From Alphaproteobacteria bacterium (GTDB lineage: Bacteria; Pseudomonadota; Alphaproteobacteria; UBA828): a DNA stretch of 64,000 nucleotides. Location of the stretch: NCBI GenBank assembly GCA_963422645.2, contig CAXXVO010000002.1, forward strand, positions 32,001 through 96,000, read 5' to 3'. A program made the translations under genes and the position numbers. The notes under the pieces were generated by a model. The model was given only the letters and a program-made list of their open reading frames with translations. It did no database searches and was not told the DNA's origin. Below are positions 18,430 to 30,104 of the stretch, piece by piece (the stretch's first letter is position 1; each line of letters begins with the position of its first letter).

Positions 18430-18620
18430 CGCGAGTCTCCACGGGCGCTGTATTCGCCTCCTAGGTCTTCCCTCATCGTGATCGGCTTGCGATAGCCGCT
18501 TTCCGCAGCAGCGCTTCCGCCGAGCTCCCGCACCTCGCCGTTGGGCAGGATTTCGATCGGGGAGTCCTCCTCCTCGTCCAAGATCGCCTCGAGTTCGTGG
18601 ATTGTCGGTTTTCTCGCCAT
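18426..18620 (-). CDS. 64-aa acidic peptide, candidate conjugated modifier (...REDLGGEYSARGDSR)
   Basis: First gene of the operon. AGGTGA RBS, GTGA coupling to the E2, GG motif near the C-terminus. Confidence 0.7.
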   Translation of the reverse strand: MARKPTIHELEAILDEEEDSPIEILPNGEVRELGGSAAAESGYRKPITMREDLGGEYSARGDSR

Positions 18621-18644
18621 TTCGCGTCACCTATGAGGATCGTG

Positions 18645-18682
18645 CGGTTATGATAGTTGTACAGTTCATAACCGGCTGTCAA
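18645..18682 (-). promoter_or_regulatory. Promoter (-35 TTGACA) with palindromic operator CGGTTATGA-N12-TCATAACCG and a TGTACA core
   Basis: TGTCAA at 18677-18682, 9-bp inverted arms at 18645-18653 and 18666-18674, TGTACA at 18658-18663. The -10 element is weak or ambiguous. Confidence 0.65.
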
Positions 18683-18889
18683 GGGAAGAAGCCGGCTCTA
18701 GCGGATGGTGTCCTGGGCATCGCGCTACGCGGCACCAAGCCGTGGACATGACGGCGAGCCATGGTCAGGCGTCGTCGAGGGCAAGGCGTTGGAGGAGGGA
18801 GGTGCAGCCCTCCCGCACGATGGCGGGGGCCCGCGCCCGTTTCTGAGGATGGAGGAAGAATCGAGGCGTCGCGGCGAGGCCGGCAAAGG

Positions 18890-19000
18890 TCTACAGGTAC
18901 TCAACCGGATGATCGCCGGACCGATACCGGGAGTAGCGAAACCATGCCTTCGGCAGGTGCGGAGCTTCGAACGGCCCGTCGCCGCGGACATAGACCCGGG
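18890..19000 (-). pseudogene. Degenerate IS66 tnpC fragment
   Basis: RVYVRGDGPFEAPHLPKAWFRYSRYRSGDHPVEYL aligns with WVYVRDDRPFGGPDPPAALFRYSRDRSGDHPVEHL of the tnpC at 4238-5734. Confidence 0.7.
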
Positions 19001-19130
19001 ACCGTACGGTGCTCCCGATCGGGCTGGACCGCTTCGGAATTCCGGATCGTGATTGCGAAGGCGACCGGCATGAAGTACCTCGGTGGCCCTTCGCCGGCCG
19101 GCGGGCCACGAGAGCTTGGTGTGCTCGTCC

Positions 19131-19209
19131 GCAATGTTCGCTGCGCAGCGAATATTGCCAGGTTCTCGAATATCCGCTAGAAGGCATATATTTGCTGCGC
19201 AGCAGAATA
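19131..19209 (+). promoter_or_regulatory. Two GCTGCGCAGC-centred palindromes flanking a TTGCCA-17-TAGAAG promoter (AbiEi operator candidate)
   Basis: GCAATGTTCGCTGCGCAGCGAATATTGC (19131-19158) and TATTTGCTGCGCAGCAGAATA (19189-19209). Confidence 0.65.
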
Positions 19210-19219
19210 GGCTTGAACG

Positions 19220-20317
19220 GTGATGCTTGACTCGGACGTAATGGAAGGACAGCTGGTTGACGGGTTCCTGGAAGCCCTGCGGGAGCTCCCCGATGCGCAG
19301 GCGGAGGTCAGTGAGGCCGAACAGCCGGGCGGCCGCGATCGAGGACATGACGTCCAGGTTGACCTCCGGGTGGGTGGGAAGGCGGCCACCCTGCTGATTG
19401 AGATGAAGAAGGACGTATATCCCCGTGACGTGCGGCAGGTACTTTGGCAGCTCCGCGGCTCCGCACGGAGAAGGCCGCACCCGGAAGAAAAACGGGAAGC
19501 GGTGTTCTTCCTGATCGCCCGATCGATTTCACCTGGAGCCAAGGAGCTGTTGAGGAACGAGCGGGTCGGCTACTACGACAGCGGCGGCAGCCTGTTTCTG
19601 CCCGCCGGCAACATCTACGTGTATGTGGACAAGCCGCCCCCGAAAAGCCTGTCGCGGTCCATCCGTTCCGTGTTTTCGGGCCGTCGTGCGCAAGTGCTGC
19701 ACGCGGTCCTGCTGCGACATCGCGAGTGGTTCGGGGTGAATGACATCGCCAACCAAGCCCGGGTATCGCCCGCGACCGCCTCGCAGGTTCTGATGGAAAT
19801 GGAGAAGTTCGAATGGGTGGTGTCGCGTGGACAGGGGCCAGGAAAAGAACGCCATCTGCAAGAGCCAGGCGCCTTGCTGGATGCATGGGTGAACCAGCAG
19901 GCGGTGATGCGGCCGCTGTCCATGCGGCGTTACTTCGTGCCGTCGGCGGGCGCGGAAGGGCTGGTGGAGAAGTTCGCCGAGGTCTGCGCAGAGAGCAAGG
20001 CCGAATACGCGATCACTCACGAGGCGGCAGGGCAACGGTACGCGCCATTTCTGTCAACTGTCTCCCAGGTGCGTTGCCGGCTGCTGGAGGGCCCGGCAGC
20101 AGATCGGGGTCTTAGCGCAATTGATGCTCGATTCGTGGACCAAGGCGCGAACCTTGCGGTCATCGAGGTCAAGTCGCCGAGCGAGTTGCTGTTTCGCGAA
20201 TTCGTGAACGGGATCTGGCTGGCAAGTGCTGTGCAGGTCTACCTCGACCTGATGCGCAGCGAGGGCCGCGCTAGGGAAATGGCGGAGCACCTGCGCCACG
20301 AAAGGATCGGCTTCTGA
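19220..20317 (+). CDS. Type IV TA antitoxin, AbiEi-like, with central wHTH
   Basis: YYDSGGSLFL, HTH GVNDIANQARVSPATASQVL, LLDAW, GANL, QVYLDL...GRARE.AEHL. Coupled to a nucleotidyltransferase. Confidence 0.8.
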   Translation: MMLDSDVMEGQLVDGFLEALRELPDAQAEVSEAEQPGGRDRGHDVQVDLRVGGKAATLLIEMKKDVYPRDVRQVLWQLRGSARRRPHPEEKREAVFFLIARSISPGAKELLRNERVGYYDSGGSLFLPAGNIYVYVDKPPPKSLSRSIRSVFSGRRAQVLHAVLLRHREWFGVNDIANQARVSPATASQVLMEMEKFEWVVSRGQGPGKERHLQEPGALLDAWVNQQAVMRPLSMRRYFVPSAGAEGLVEKFAEVCAESKAEYAITHEAAGQRYAPFLSTVSQVRCRLLEGPAADRGLSAIDARFVDQGANLAVIEVKSPSELLFREFVNGIWLASAVQVYLDLMRSEGRAREMAEHLRHERIGF

Positions 20318-21231
20318 TGGTGAAGCCCGCGACGTTCGACGGCTACAGCGATCGGTACACGGTCGAATGCGAGCGGGTCCTCGTAACTCTGCTGCGCGGA
20401 CTGGGCCCGTGGAAGGAGTCCGTGTTTCTGGTGGGCGGACTGACTCCCAGATACTTGGTGGCGGCTCGGCCGCCGGAAGTGCCGGCGCATGCCGGCACGC
20501 TCGACGTGGACATCGTCATCGATCTGCAGATCCTGGCTGACACTGCGGGCTATCGCACGCTTGAGGAGAACCTGCGAGCGATGAGGTTCGAGCGGTCGAT
20601 GAACGAGAGAGGCCAGAGGCTTTCATGGCGGTGGCAGACTCGCACCGAAAGCGGTGCGCTGATGGTGGTCGAGCTGCTCGCCGACGCGCCGGACATCGCT
20701 GGTGGCAGGGTCGAACCGCTGCCTACGGAAGGGAACATTTCCGCGCTCAACATCCCGCATTCGTCCATTGTCTTCGAAATGCACCAGGTCGCGGAGATTC
20801 GGGCAGAGCTCCTGGGCGGTGGGGGAAACGCCGTCGAAGTGGTGAGGCACGCCGATTTGGTGAGCTTCACTTGCTTGAAGGCTTTCGCCTTCGACCAGCG
20901 CTTCGAGCGGAAGGACGCCCATGACCTGATGTATTGCATTGAACACGCGGAGCGAGGTCTCGACGGAGCCGCGTACATGTTCCGCGAGGCCTTGGGGGGC
21001 AAGCACGGCGCAGTGATTTGGGACTGTTTGTCAATTCTTCGCAATCGTTTCGCAGGGGACGGCGAAGTCGAGGGGTATCGGAAAGACGGTCCGGTAGCGG
21101 TGGCCCGCTTCGAACTGGGTGAGGGTGACGATGCTGGTCAGCGCGAAGCTCGGTTGCTGAGGCAGCGGGAGGTCAACAGCGTGATGGAGCAACTTCTGGG
21201 TCGGATCGCTTCGGAGGCGGCATGGCGGTAA
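20317..21231 (+). CDS. AbiEii-like nucleotidyltransferase toxin
   Basis: FLVGGL.P, HAGTLDVD, LKAFAF..R...KDAHD. Confidence 0.78.
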   Translation: MVKPATFDGYSDRYTVECERVLVTLLRGLGPWKESVFLVGGLTPRYLVAARPPEVPAHAGTLDVDIVIDLQILADTAGYRTLEENLRAMRFERSMNERGQRLSWRWQTRTESGALMVVELLADAPDIAGGRVEPLPTEGNISALNIPHSSIVFEMHQVAEIRAELLGGGGNAVEVVRHADLVSFTCLKAFAFDQRFERKDAHDLMYCIEHAERGLDGAAYMFREALGGKHGAVIWDCLSILRNRFAGDGEVEGYRKDGPVAVARFELGEGDDAGQREARLLRQREVNSVMEQLLGRIASEAAWR

Positions 21232-21355
21232 AGGCGATTCTTCTCGGGGTCAACAGATTTCCGGATCCCACGATTTCAGAGCTTGGCGGTGCGCGACGAG
21301 ACTGCGCTAGTGCGCTCTGGGCATTGTTCACCGGCACCATCGAGGGGCTGGAGGA
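21222..21355 (+). pseudogene. N-terminal stub of a caspase-like (peptidase C14) domain gene
   Basis: MAVKAILLGVNRFPDPTISELGGARRD..ALWALF matches the first strand and helix of caspase-like domains, then degenerates. Confidence 0.55.
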
Positions 21356-21426
21356 ATGTATCGGAGTCGGTGGGGCATCGCTGTTACAGCCGAAGCCCGG
21401 TATCAAGGGTGGAGCGCTGTGAATTC

Positions 21427-24400
21427 GTAACTGCCCAGGTCGTCTGATTTGTCATTTTGGGCCAGTGGATTGAGGCGTTTCTCGTTCGGAGTTGGTGGAA
21501 AGGGCTTGACGGGAATTTCGGGAAATGACTCAACAACGACATGAGCAATCCCGAGTCGCCGCGCGGCCCTTCGACGGGAGCAGCGCCCGAAACGCCCGCG
21601 CAGAAGATCGCCCGCCTGGAGGAGGAGAACGCCCGGCTTCGGGAGGAAAATGCCTGGCTTCGGCAGCAGAACGCGCGGCTGGAAGAGCAAGTCGCGCGTC
21701 TCGTCGAGCGCATCGAGGAGTTGGAGCGCCGTCTCGGCCTCAACAGCGGCAACAGCGGCAAGCCGCCTTCGAGCGATGGGCTGAGGAAGCCGAATTCGAA
21801 GCGGCGAACCCGAAGCCTGCGCGGCAAATCGGGCCGCAAGCCCGGTGGCCAGCCCGGCCACAAGGGCAAGACGCTGCGCCGCGCCGATCACCCGGATCGG
21901 GTGAAGGATCACGTCCCGGCTTCCTGCAAGGGATGCGGTTCGCCGCTTTCGGACGCGGCCAGGGCGGGAACGCCCGTCGCCCGCCAGGTGTTCGATCTGC
22001 CCGAGCCGAGCCCCCTGGAGGTGACCGAGCACCGGGCGCATGCCAAGTGCTGCGGGCATTGCGGGACGGTGACCCGGGCGGCGTTCCCCGACGGGGTGTC
22101 GGCGCCGGTGCAGTACGGCCCGCGCATTGCCGGGGTGGCGGTCTACCTTCAGCACGCTCACTTCCTGCCGGAGGATCGGCTGTCGCAGGTGATGGCCGAG
22201 CTCTTCGGCGCGCCGGTGACGGCTGCGACGTTGGCGACGATGAGCGAGAGGGCGGCCGAGCGGCTGCGGGACGCGGCCTTGCACATACAGGACCTGGCGG
22301 CGGGCACGGCGCGGGTGAAACACATGGACGAGACCGGCTTGCGGATCGGCGGTCAGACGCAGTGGCTTCATGTCCCAAGTTGGCACTTTTTCCGTTTGTT
22401 CGGGGCCGAATTGGCCAGGTTTTTCCGGCTGACACACCAGATATAGCGTTGACGAGAAGGGCACGCCCCTACATTTGCGATTGCCGTCTCGAACTCCCTT
22501 TGTAGTGCCAGGGAATGGTGGGTTTGCAGGATTTCCCTTGACCCCACCACCAAAGCCGACATATCTGAACCCGCCACGACCAAAACGTGCCGGGCGACAT
22601 GTTCATCAGGGCAACCAAGACCCACACTACCGAAGGCAAGCCGGTCCGCAGCCATCGCCTCGTGCTCTCGCAGCGCATCGGCGACAAGGTCAGGCAGCGC
22701 ACGCTTCTCAACCTCGGCACCGACTATCCGGTGCCGAAGGAGAAATGGCGCGAAGTTGCCGGACTCGCCGAGGCGCTGCTCAACGGCCGCCCGCCGCTGC
22801 TCGAAGCCGCGCCGGACGTGCAGGCCGCAGCCGAGGACATCGTCGCCAAGCTCAGGGCCAGGGGGTTCCGCCCCGAGGCGATACAGGAAGAGGCGCGCAA
22901 GCCCGACATCGCCACCGTCGACCTCGATACCCTGGAGCACGAGAACCCGCGCACGGTCGGCTGCGAGCGCCTGTGCCTCAAGGCCCTCGACGACCTCGGC
23001 TTCGCCGACATCCTCCACGGCCTCGATATCAAGGGCCGCGACGGGCGCATCGCCAGCGCGCTGATCGTCGCCAGGATGGTCCATCCCGCCAGCGAGCGTG
23101 ACACCAGCCGCTGGCTGCGCCGCGACAGCGCGACCGCCGAGCTCCTGGGGCTGGAGGGCGACCGCAAGGCGCTGCGGCGCAAGACGCTCTACCGCATCGG
23201 CGACCTGCTCTGGCGCCACCGGGCCGCCATTCAGCGGGAGCTGTTCAACCGCGAGCGCGCGCTGCTCGACCTGCCCGAAACGATCGCCTTTTACGATCTC
23301 ACCAATGTCCACTACCACGGCCACACCCACGGCCAGCTTCCCAGGTTCGGGCGCTCCAAGCAGAAGCGCGACGACTGTCCGCTGATCACGCTGGCGCTGG
23401 CGCTCGACGGCGCAGGCTTCCCGCGCAGTTGCGAGATCCTGCCGGGCAACGTGAGCGAGCCGGGCACGCTGGAGGACGCGCTGGTCAGGCTCGAGGCGGT
23501 GTGCGGCGGCACGGCGCCGAAGCCCACGGTGGTCATGGACGCGGGCATCGCCACCGAGGAGAACGTCGCGTGGCTGGGCGAGCAGGGCTACGACTGGATC
23601 GCGGTCAGCCGCGGCGCCAGGCCGCCGCTGCCCGAGGGCGGGCCCGAGGCTCTGCTGATCACCAGCGCGCGGCACGAGGTGCGCGCCTGGCGGCTTGCCA
23701 GCGAGGACGGCGAGGCGCGGCTCTACGTCGTCAGCGAGGGCAAGAAGAAGGCCGAGAACGCGATCATCGGCCTCAGGCGGAACCGCTTCGAGGCGGCGCT
23801 GGAAAGGCTCCATAGCGGCCTGCCGGTCAAGGGCCGCCTCAAGCGCTACGACAGGGTGCTGGAGAGCATTGGCCGTCTCAAGCAGCGCTTCTCCACCGTC
23901 GCCAGACACTACGAGGTCACGGTCGAGAAGGCGAAAACCGGCCCCAACGCCGCCGCCGTGCGCTTCAAGCGCAGGCCGCAATACGACGAGGCCGACGAGG
24001 GCGCCGGCGCCTATGTGCTGCGCACCAGCCACGTCGACTGGGATATCGAGACGATCCTGCGGACCTACTGGCGCATCACCGACATCGAGGCCACCTTCCG
24101 CAGCCTGAAATCCGAGCTCGGCCTTCGCCCGATCTGGCACCAGCTCGACCGTCGCATCGCGGCCCACCTGCTGATCGCCGTGCTGGCCTATCACGCCGTG
24201 CATCTGATCCGTACCCGACTGGCCGCGCGGGGCATCCACAAGTGCTGGGCATCGATCCGCGAGGGCATGCGGACCTGGGTGCGGATCACCACGCGACTGC
24301 GCCAGACCGACGGCACCTTGATCGTCAACCGCCAGGACACGCGCCCGGCCGCCGAGGTCGCCCAAATCTCCTCGGCGGCGGGTGTTGACCCCGCCATCCA

Positions 24401-25477
24401 CCGCACGAGGACCCGCCTGACGAGCTGACAGAATCTCACAAAATGTAGTGCCATGTTGGAATCGGCAGAGAAAAATATTGCGCCATATCAAAGCGATAAA
24501 CGACAGCAGAACACAAAAAGTGCCAACCTGGGATGTGATCTGCACGCCGCTGCTGGCGGCGTACCGGGTCAGCGGCAAGCGCGGCGCCCTGCTCTCGGGT
24601 GTCTCCGGCATCGTCGTGCACGATCACTGGAAGCCGTACTTCGCGATGGAAGGGGTGGAGCACGGCCTGTGCAACGCCCATCACCTGCGGGAGTTGCAGG
24701 CGCTGGTGGACATCGAAGGGGAGGCTTGGGCCCGGCGGATGCAGCAGCTCCTGCGCCGAGCCAATCGCGCCGCCCGCATCGCGCTGGACAAGGATATCGC
24801 CGTTCCGGCGAGGCTTGTGGCGCTGATCGAGCGCCGATACGACGAGATCATCGCCGATGCGCTGGCCTTTCACGAGAGCCAACCACCGTTCTCGCCTGGC
24901 AAGAGGAAGAAGCGCCGGAAGCGAAGGATCGGTCACAATCCGGCCTTGAGGCTGCGCGACCACAAATGCGCGGTGCTCCGGTTCCTGATCGACCTCGAGG
25001 TCGGGTTCACGAACAACGAGGCCGAGCGCGACCTTCGGATGATGAAGCTGCGCCAGAAGATCTCCGGGGGCTTCCGGTCCGCGCAGGGGGCCGAGAACTT
25101 CGCCATCCTGCGCAGCGTCATCACCACCGCCAGAAAGCAGGGCTGGAATATCATCGAAGCCCTGACCAGCCCATCGGATCGGCTCATCGCCACCGTCAAG
25201 TGCGCGTAAGCTCACCTGGCACGGGTTCTCCAACAGCGGAGCCATTCTCATAAACGATCATGGTCGACGCCGTGCTGGACCACCCCATAGAATGAAAATC
25301 GGTGCCCGTCGCGCGGGCGGACTTCGGGCCACATCGGGGTAGCTTACCGGTCGCAGTCCGCAAGAGGGGCATCGTGAGCTGTGAAACCCGGCGACCCCAG
25401 AGGAGCACACGGGCGTCGCGTGGGTAGCGTTGTGCCGAATCCCAGAGAATTTTCACAGCAAGAACCTGGGCAGTTAC
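21427..25477 (+). mobile_element. Single-ORF IS66 element copy A (about 1888 bp) interrupted by IS1634
   Basis: TIRs GTAACTGCCCAGG and 8-bp TSD GTGAATTC. Transposase halves at 21541-22373 and 24533-25209. Confidence 0.95.
22374..24532 (+). mobile_element. IS1634-family element; transposase at 22599-24428
   Basis: TIRs CCCA(A/G)GTTGGCACTTTTT, ATGT duplicated on both sides. MFIR..., FYDLTN, FGRSKQKR.DCP, MDAG, IEATFRSLKSELGLRP. Confidence 0.9.
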
Positions 25478-25486
25478 GTGAATTCA

Positions 25487-25859
25487 ATGTCAGACGCCCT
25501 TCTTGGTGCTGCGTCCGAATACGTAGCGCAAACGCGCCGCCTGAACAGCCTCGGCAGCACGACAGAGGAGACATTCTATCCGGCGATCCGCGATCTGCTG
25601 TCGGCCATCCTGCGGACGCAGGACCTGCCCTTCGAGGTGCGTACCGGAACATCGGAAGAAAGGGAGCGCGGCACGGATCGGCCGGATTTCGTACTGGCCG
25701 ATGCGGCGCTCTTCGTCGGCGTCTTCGGCGAGGTCAAGAAGAGCGACGTTTCCATCGGGGAGATTGCGGATTCAACGGACCGGGACGACCAGATCGGCCG
25801 GTACCTGGCACGCACCGGCGTTGTGCTGGTTTCGAATGTCCGGGGTTTCGGCCTCCTGG
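25487..25859 (+). pseudogene. N-terminal nuclease domain of a type IIG/ISP-like restriction-modification enzyme, truncated
   Basis: TEETFYPAIRDLL, RPDF...FGEVK, QIGRY, LVSN (PD-(D/E)xK pattern). Cut at a TGAGCG element end. Confidence 0.65.
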
Positions 25860-26377
25860 TGAGCGCGCGCCCGGTAATTGATGGTGGGGTTTTCGGATTA
25901 TTCGATGGTCGTGATGCGGTGCTCGGTTGATCCGCGAGAGCGGTGAGTGGCGGGTTTTCATCGAGACCGCAGCAGTATCTCGTTCCAGTCCTTGGCGCCG
26001 CCTGGGCGCAGCCTGATCACTCTCGGGTCGTTGGCGGCGAGACGCTCGGCGGCACCGTCACCGGCGCTGTCGGCGTCGTAGGCGCAGATGATGCGCTTTG
26101 GTTCCCAGTCCTCGATCCAGGTCGGGACCGAGCTGGCGATGCCGGCGGCCGAGGCGACGACGGCGCCGTTCTCGCGCGTCCCCTCGACGCGCAGGCTTCG
26201 TGCAGAGATGGCGTCGACGGCGCTCTCGGTGAGGATGACGACGGCAGGCTGGTTTCGGTCGCAGTGGAGCCAGAAGCCGCCACGCGCCTTGCGCGAGCCG
26301 GGCGCCATGGCCCTGAAGCGCTTTGTGCCGGCGTGCGGCGCGGTGCCGAGGATCTCGGCGCCGGTCGTGTGCCCGCT
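25860..26377 (-). repeat. Diverged copy of 27003-27520: element end plus 3' half of a toprim gene
   Basis: High but imperfect identity. Encodes ILTESAVDAIS...AYDAD.AGD...KDWNE. Confidence 0.85.
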
Positions 26378-27002
26378 TGTCAATCGGCTTTCAATACTGA
26401 CCCCCGATCGGCGTGCAAAATTGACCCCCCTGAGTGGCACGGCGGAGGTTGTCCCGGTAGCCAATAGGGGGGACCCGCGCGGCTTCGTGTGGCGCCCTGC
26501 GCTACGCGGAGCGAAGCCGCGTGGGGGGTCCCTGTTGGCCCACCGGGGCAACCGGGCCGCAAGGGAGGCCGGCGGCGGGTCAGGAGCGGTTCTTGAAGCG
26601 CCAGCTCTCGTTGCCGGTCTCGATGATCTCGCAATGATGGGTGAGGCGATCGAGCAGCGCTGTGGTCATCTTGGGGTCGCCGAAGACGGATGGCCATTCG
26701 CCGAAGGCGAGGTTTGTGGTGATGACGATCGAGGTGCGCTCGTAGAGCCGGCTCATCAGATGGAAGAGCAGCTGCCCACCGGCCTGGGCGAAGGGCAGGT
26801 AGCCGAGCTCGTCGAGGATGACGAAGTCGCGGCGGACGAGCTGGTCTGCAGTGCGGCCCTGGCGTCCGGCGCGAAGCTCGGCCTCGAGGAGGTTGACCAG
26901 GTCGACGACGTTGTAGCACCGGCCGCGCGCGCCCTTGCGGATGCAGGACCGCGCGATGGCGACGGCGAGATGGGTCTTGCCGGTACCGGTGCCGCCGACC
27001 AG
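26378..27002 (-). mobile_element. istB: IS21-family right end with 5'-truncated istB (26580-27002)
   Basis: TGTCAATCGG...TGACCCC terminus. [40 protein letters not shown]. Confidence 0.9.
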
Positions 27003-27143
27003 TGAGCGTGCGCCCAGCATTTGATGGTGCGGTTTTCGGATTATTTGATGTTCGTGATGCGGCGCTTGGTTGATCTGCGAGAGCGGTGAGTGGCCTGGCT
27101 TTCATCGAGACCGCAGGAGCATCTCGTTCCAGTCCTTGGCGTG

Positions 27144-27971
27144 TCATGGGCGCAACCTTTTCACCCTTGGATCGTTGAGCACGAGATGCTCGGCGGCAGT
27201 GTCGCCGGCGCTGTCTGCGTCGTAGGCACAGACGATGCGACGTGGCTTCCACTCCTTGATCCAGGGCGGGACCGAGCTGGCGATGCCGGCGGTTGAGGCG
27301 ACGACGGCGCCGTTCTCGCGCGTCCCCTCGACGCGCAGGCTTCGTGCAGAGATGGCGTCGACGGCGCTCTCGGTGAGGATGACGAGGGCGGGCTGGTTTC
27401 GGTCGCAGTGGAGCCAGAAGCCGCCACGCGCCTTGCGCGATCCCGGGGCCATGCCCCTGAAGCGTTTTGTTCCGGGCTGCGGCGCGGTGCCGAGGATCTC
27501 GGCGCCGGTCGTGTGCCCGCTGGCGTTTCGGCAGATGAAGACGGCGTTGATCCTGTCATCGGCGTAGAGGAGGCCTCGGCCGTGGCAGGCTTCGAGCACG
27601 TCGGTGCCGATAGCGCGTTGGCGGATGAGGGCGTCCCGGACCCTGGGCCAGGCGCGGGGACTGGGCCTTGGCAGCCGCAGGCGTCGCGGGGCGGCTGGGA
27701 TGGTGGTGATCTCCCTCCGCCCCTCATGGCTTCCGAGGAAGCGGAGGGCTTCCGGGAAGCGGCATCCCGTCGCATGGATGACGAGGTCGATGGCGCCACC
27801 CCCTCCCGTGCCGCGCAGGTGATCGAAGAACTTCTCGCCGTTGATGCTGATGACCGAGCCCCCGCGCTTGAAGCGCGCCCGGTCGGTCGGGTCTCTGCGG
27901 TAGCCGAGGGCGGCGGCGACCCGGTCGAGGGGGATGTTGCGGCAGGTGGCCAGGGGATCGCCGCCGCTCAT
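27144..27971 (-). pseudogene. DUF3991/toprim primase-like protein with a premature stop just before the KDWN motif
   Basis: FFDH..G.GGGGAIDLV.H, R.I, LYADDR.NAVF, TESAVDA, AYDAD. An in-frame TGA precedes HAKDWNEM, whereas the other copy reads RPGGAKDWNE. Confidence 0.75.
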
Positions 27972-28073
27972 TGCCGGGTCCCGGCGAAGGTCTGCTTGGA
28001 AGGGAGGCTGACGGCGTTCCCGTTCCTGTACCCTTCAACGCTTAAGAGTTCCGGGAACGGGAACGGGAACGCC

Positions 28074-29418
<1,345 letters not shown>

Positions 29419-29835
29419 GGGTGCGTTTTGGATTACGGTAAAGTGCTGTTGAGACGAAGCCAGTGCAAAGCTTATCTCATCGTCGTAATTCGTAGTCAAA
29501 TAGCAAGCAAACGGCCATCGCGCGATTAATTCATAGAGCATTCCCTTCTTTTTCTTTGAGGGGATCAACAATGGTTGAATTAGGTCAATGAGAGCTTGAC
29601 GATTTCCTCCCAAATCACGTTCAATTTGTCGAAAGAGTTCAGCGTACTTGCTGTTATCAAGATACTTTCGGTACGAATTGTCATCAATAGGGACGCCGGA
29701 ATGCGATAGTTGTTGATAGCTCTGTTCTGCGAGCCGATGCCAGGAAGGGTAACCAATTTCGCAAGACAGGCCGGATCCGACGAGGACGAGGCAACGGCCA
29801 GTGTTGATTTTGCGTATGAGATTTTTATCAAGCAT
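29419..29835 (-). pseudogene. N-terminal part of a SIR2-domain defence-type protein, truncated by IS3
   Basis: LVLVGSGLS...YPSW..L and YLTTNYD. AT-rich compared with the flanks. Confidence 0.8.
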
Positions 29836-30104
29836 GAGTTGGCTCGGGACTGAGCTAGAGGCAGATCGGTTTAGTCAGATTGAAGAGAGGATCACAATGG
29901 CCGTGACAATGTGGGTGGTTTGCATTGAGAATGATGATTGGTCTTGTGCGGGAATGAGGCTCGCGATCATCGTGCTGGACATACAGTCGGTTTCACGGCG
30001 GAGGTGGTCGTGGCTCTGTCAGACTTTGGCAGAAGTCTTTCGTGACAGCAACAAGGAATCAATTCGTCGGATTGTTGATGCAGTGCGACGGCTTCCCGAT
30101 CCGG

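Noticed and set aside
18426-18620. Peptide as true Pup/UBact
   Set aside because: The GGE is internal and no PafA, Dop or proteasome genes are nearby. The neighbours are E1, E2 and JAB.
9237-21231. Calling the locus CBASS, Pycsar or Bil
   Set aside because: No CD-NTase or cyclase and no beta-grasp Ubl are visible. The only nucleotidyltransferase is divergently transcribed and AbiEii-like with its own antitoxin.
22368-24611. Long antisense or alternate-frame ORFs (also 37324-39600 +, 46082-47749 +, 50875-52701 - and others)
   Set aside because: Shadows of real genes in high-GC DNA, Arg/Gly/Ala-rich with no motifs.
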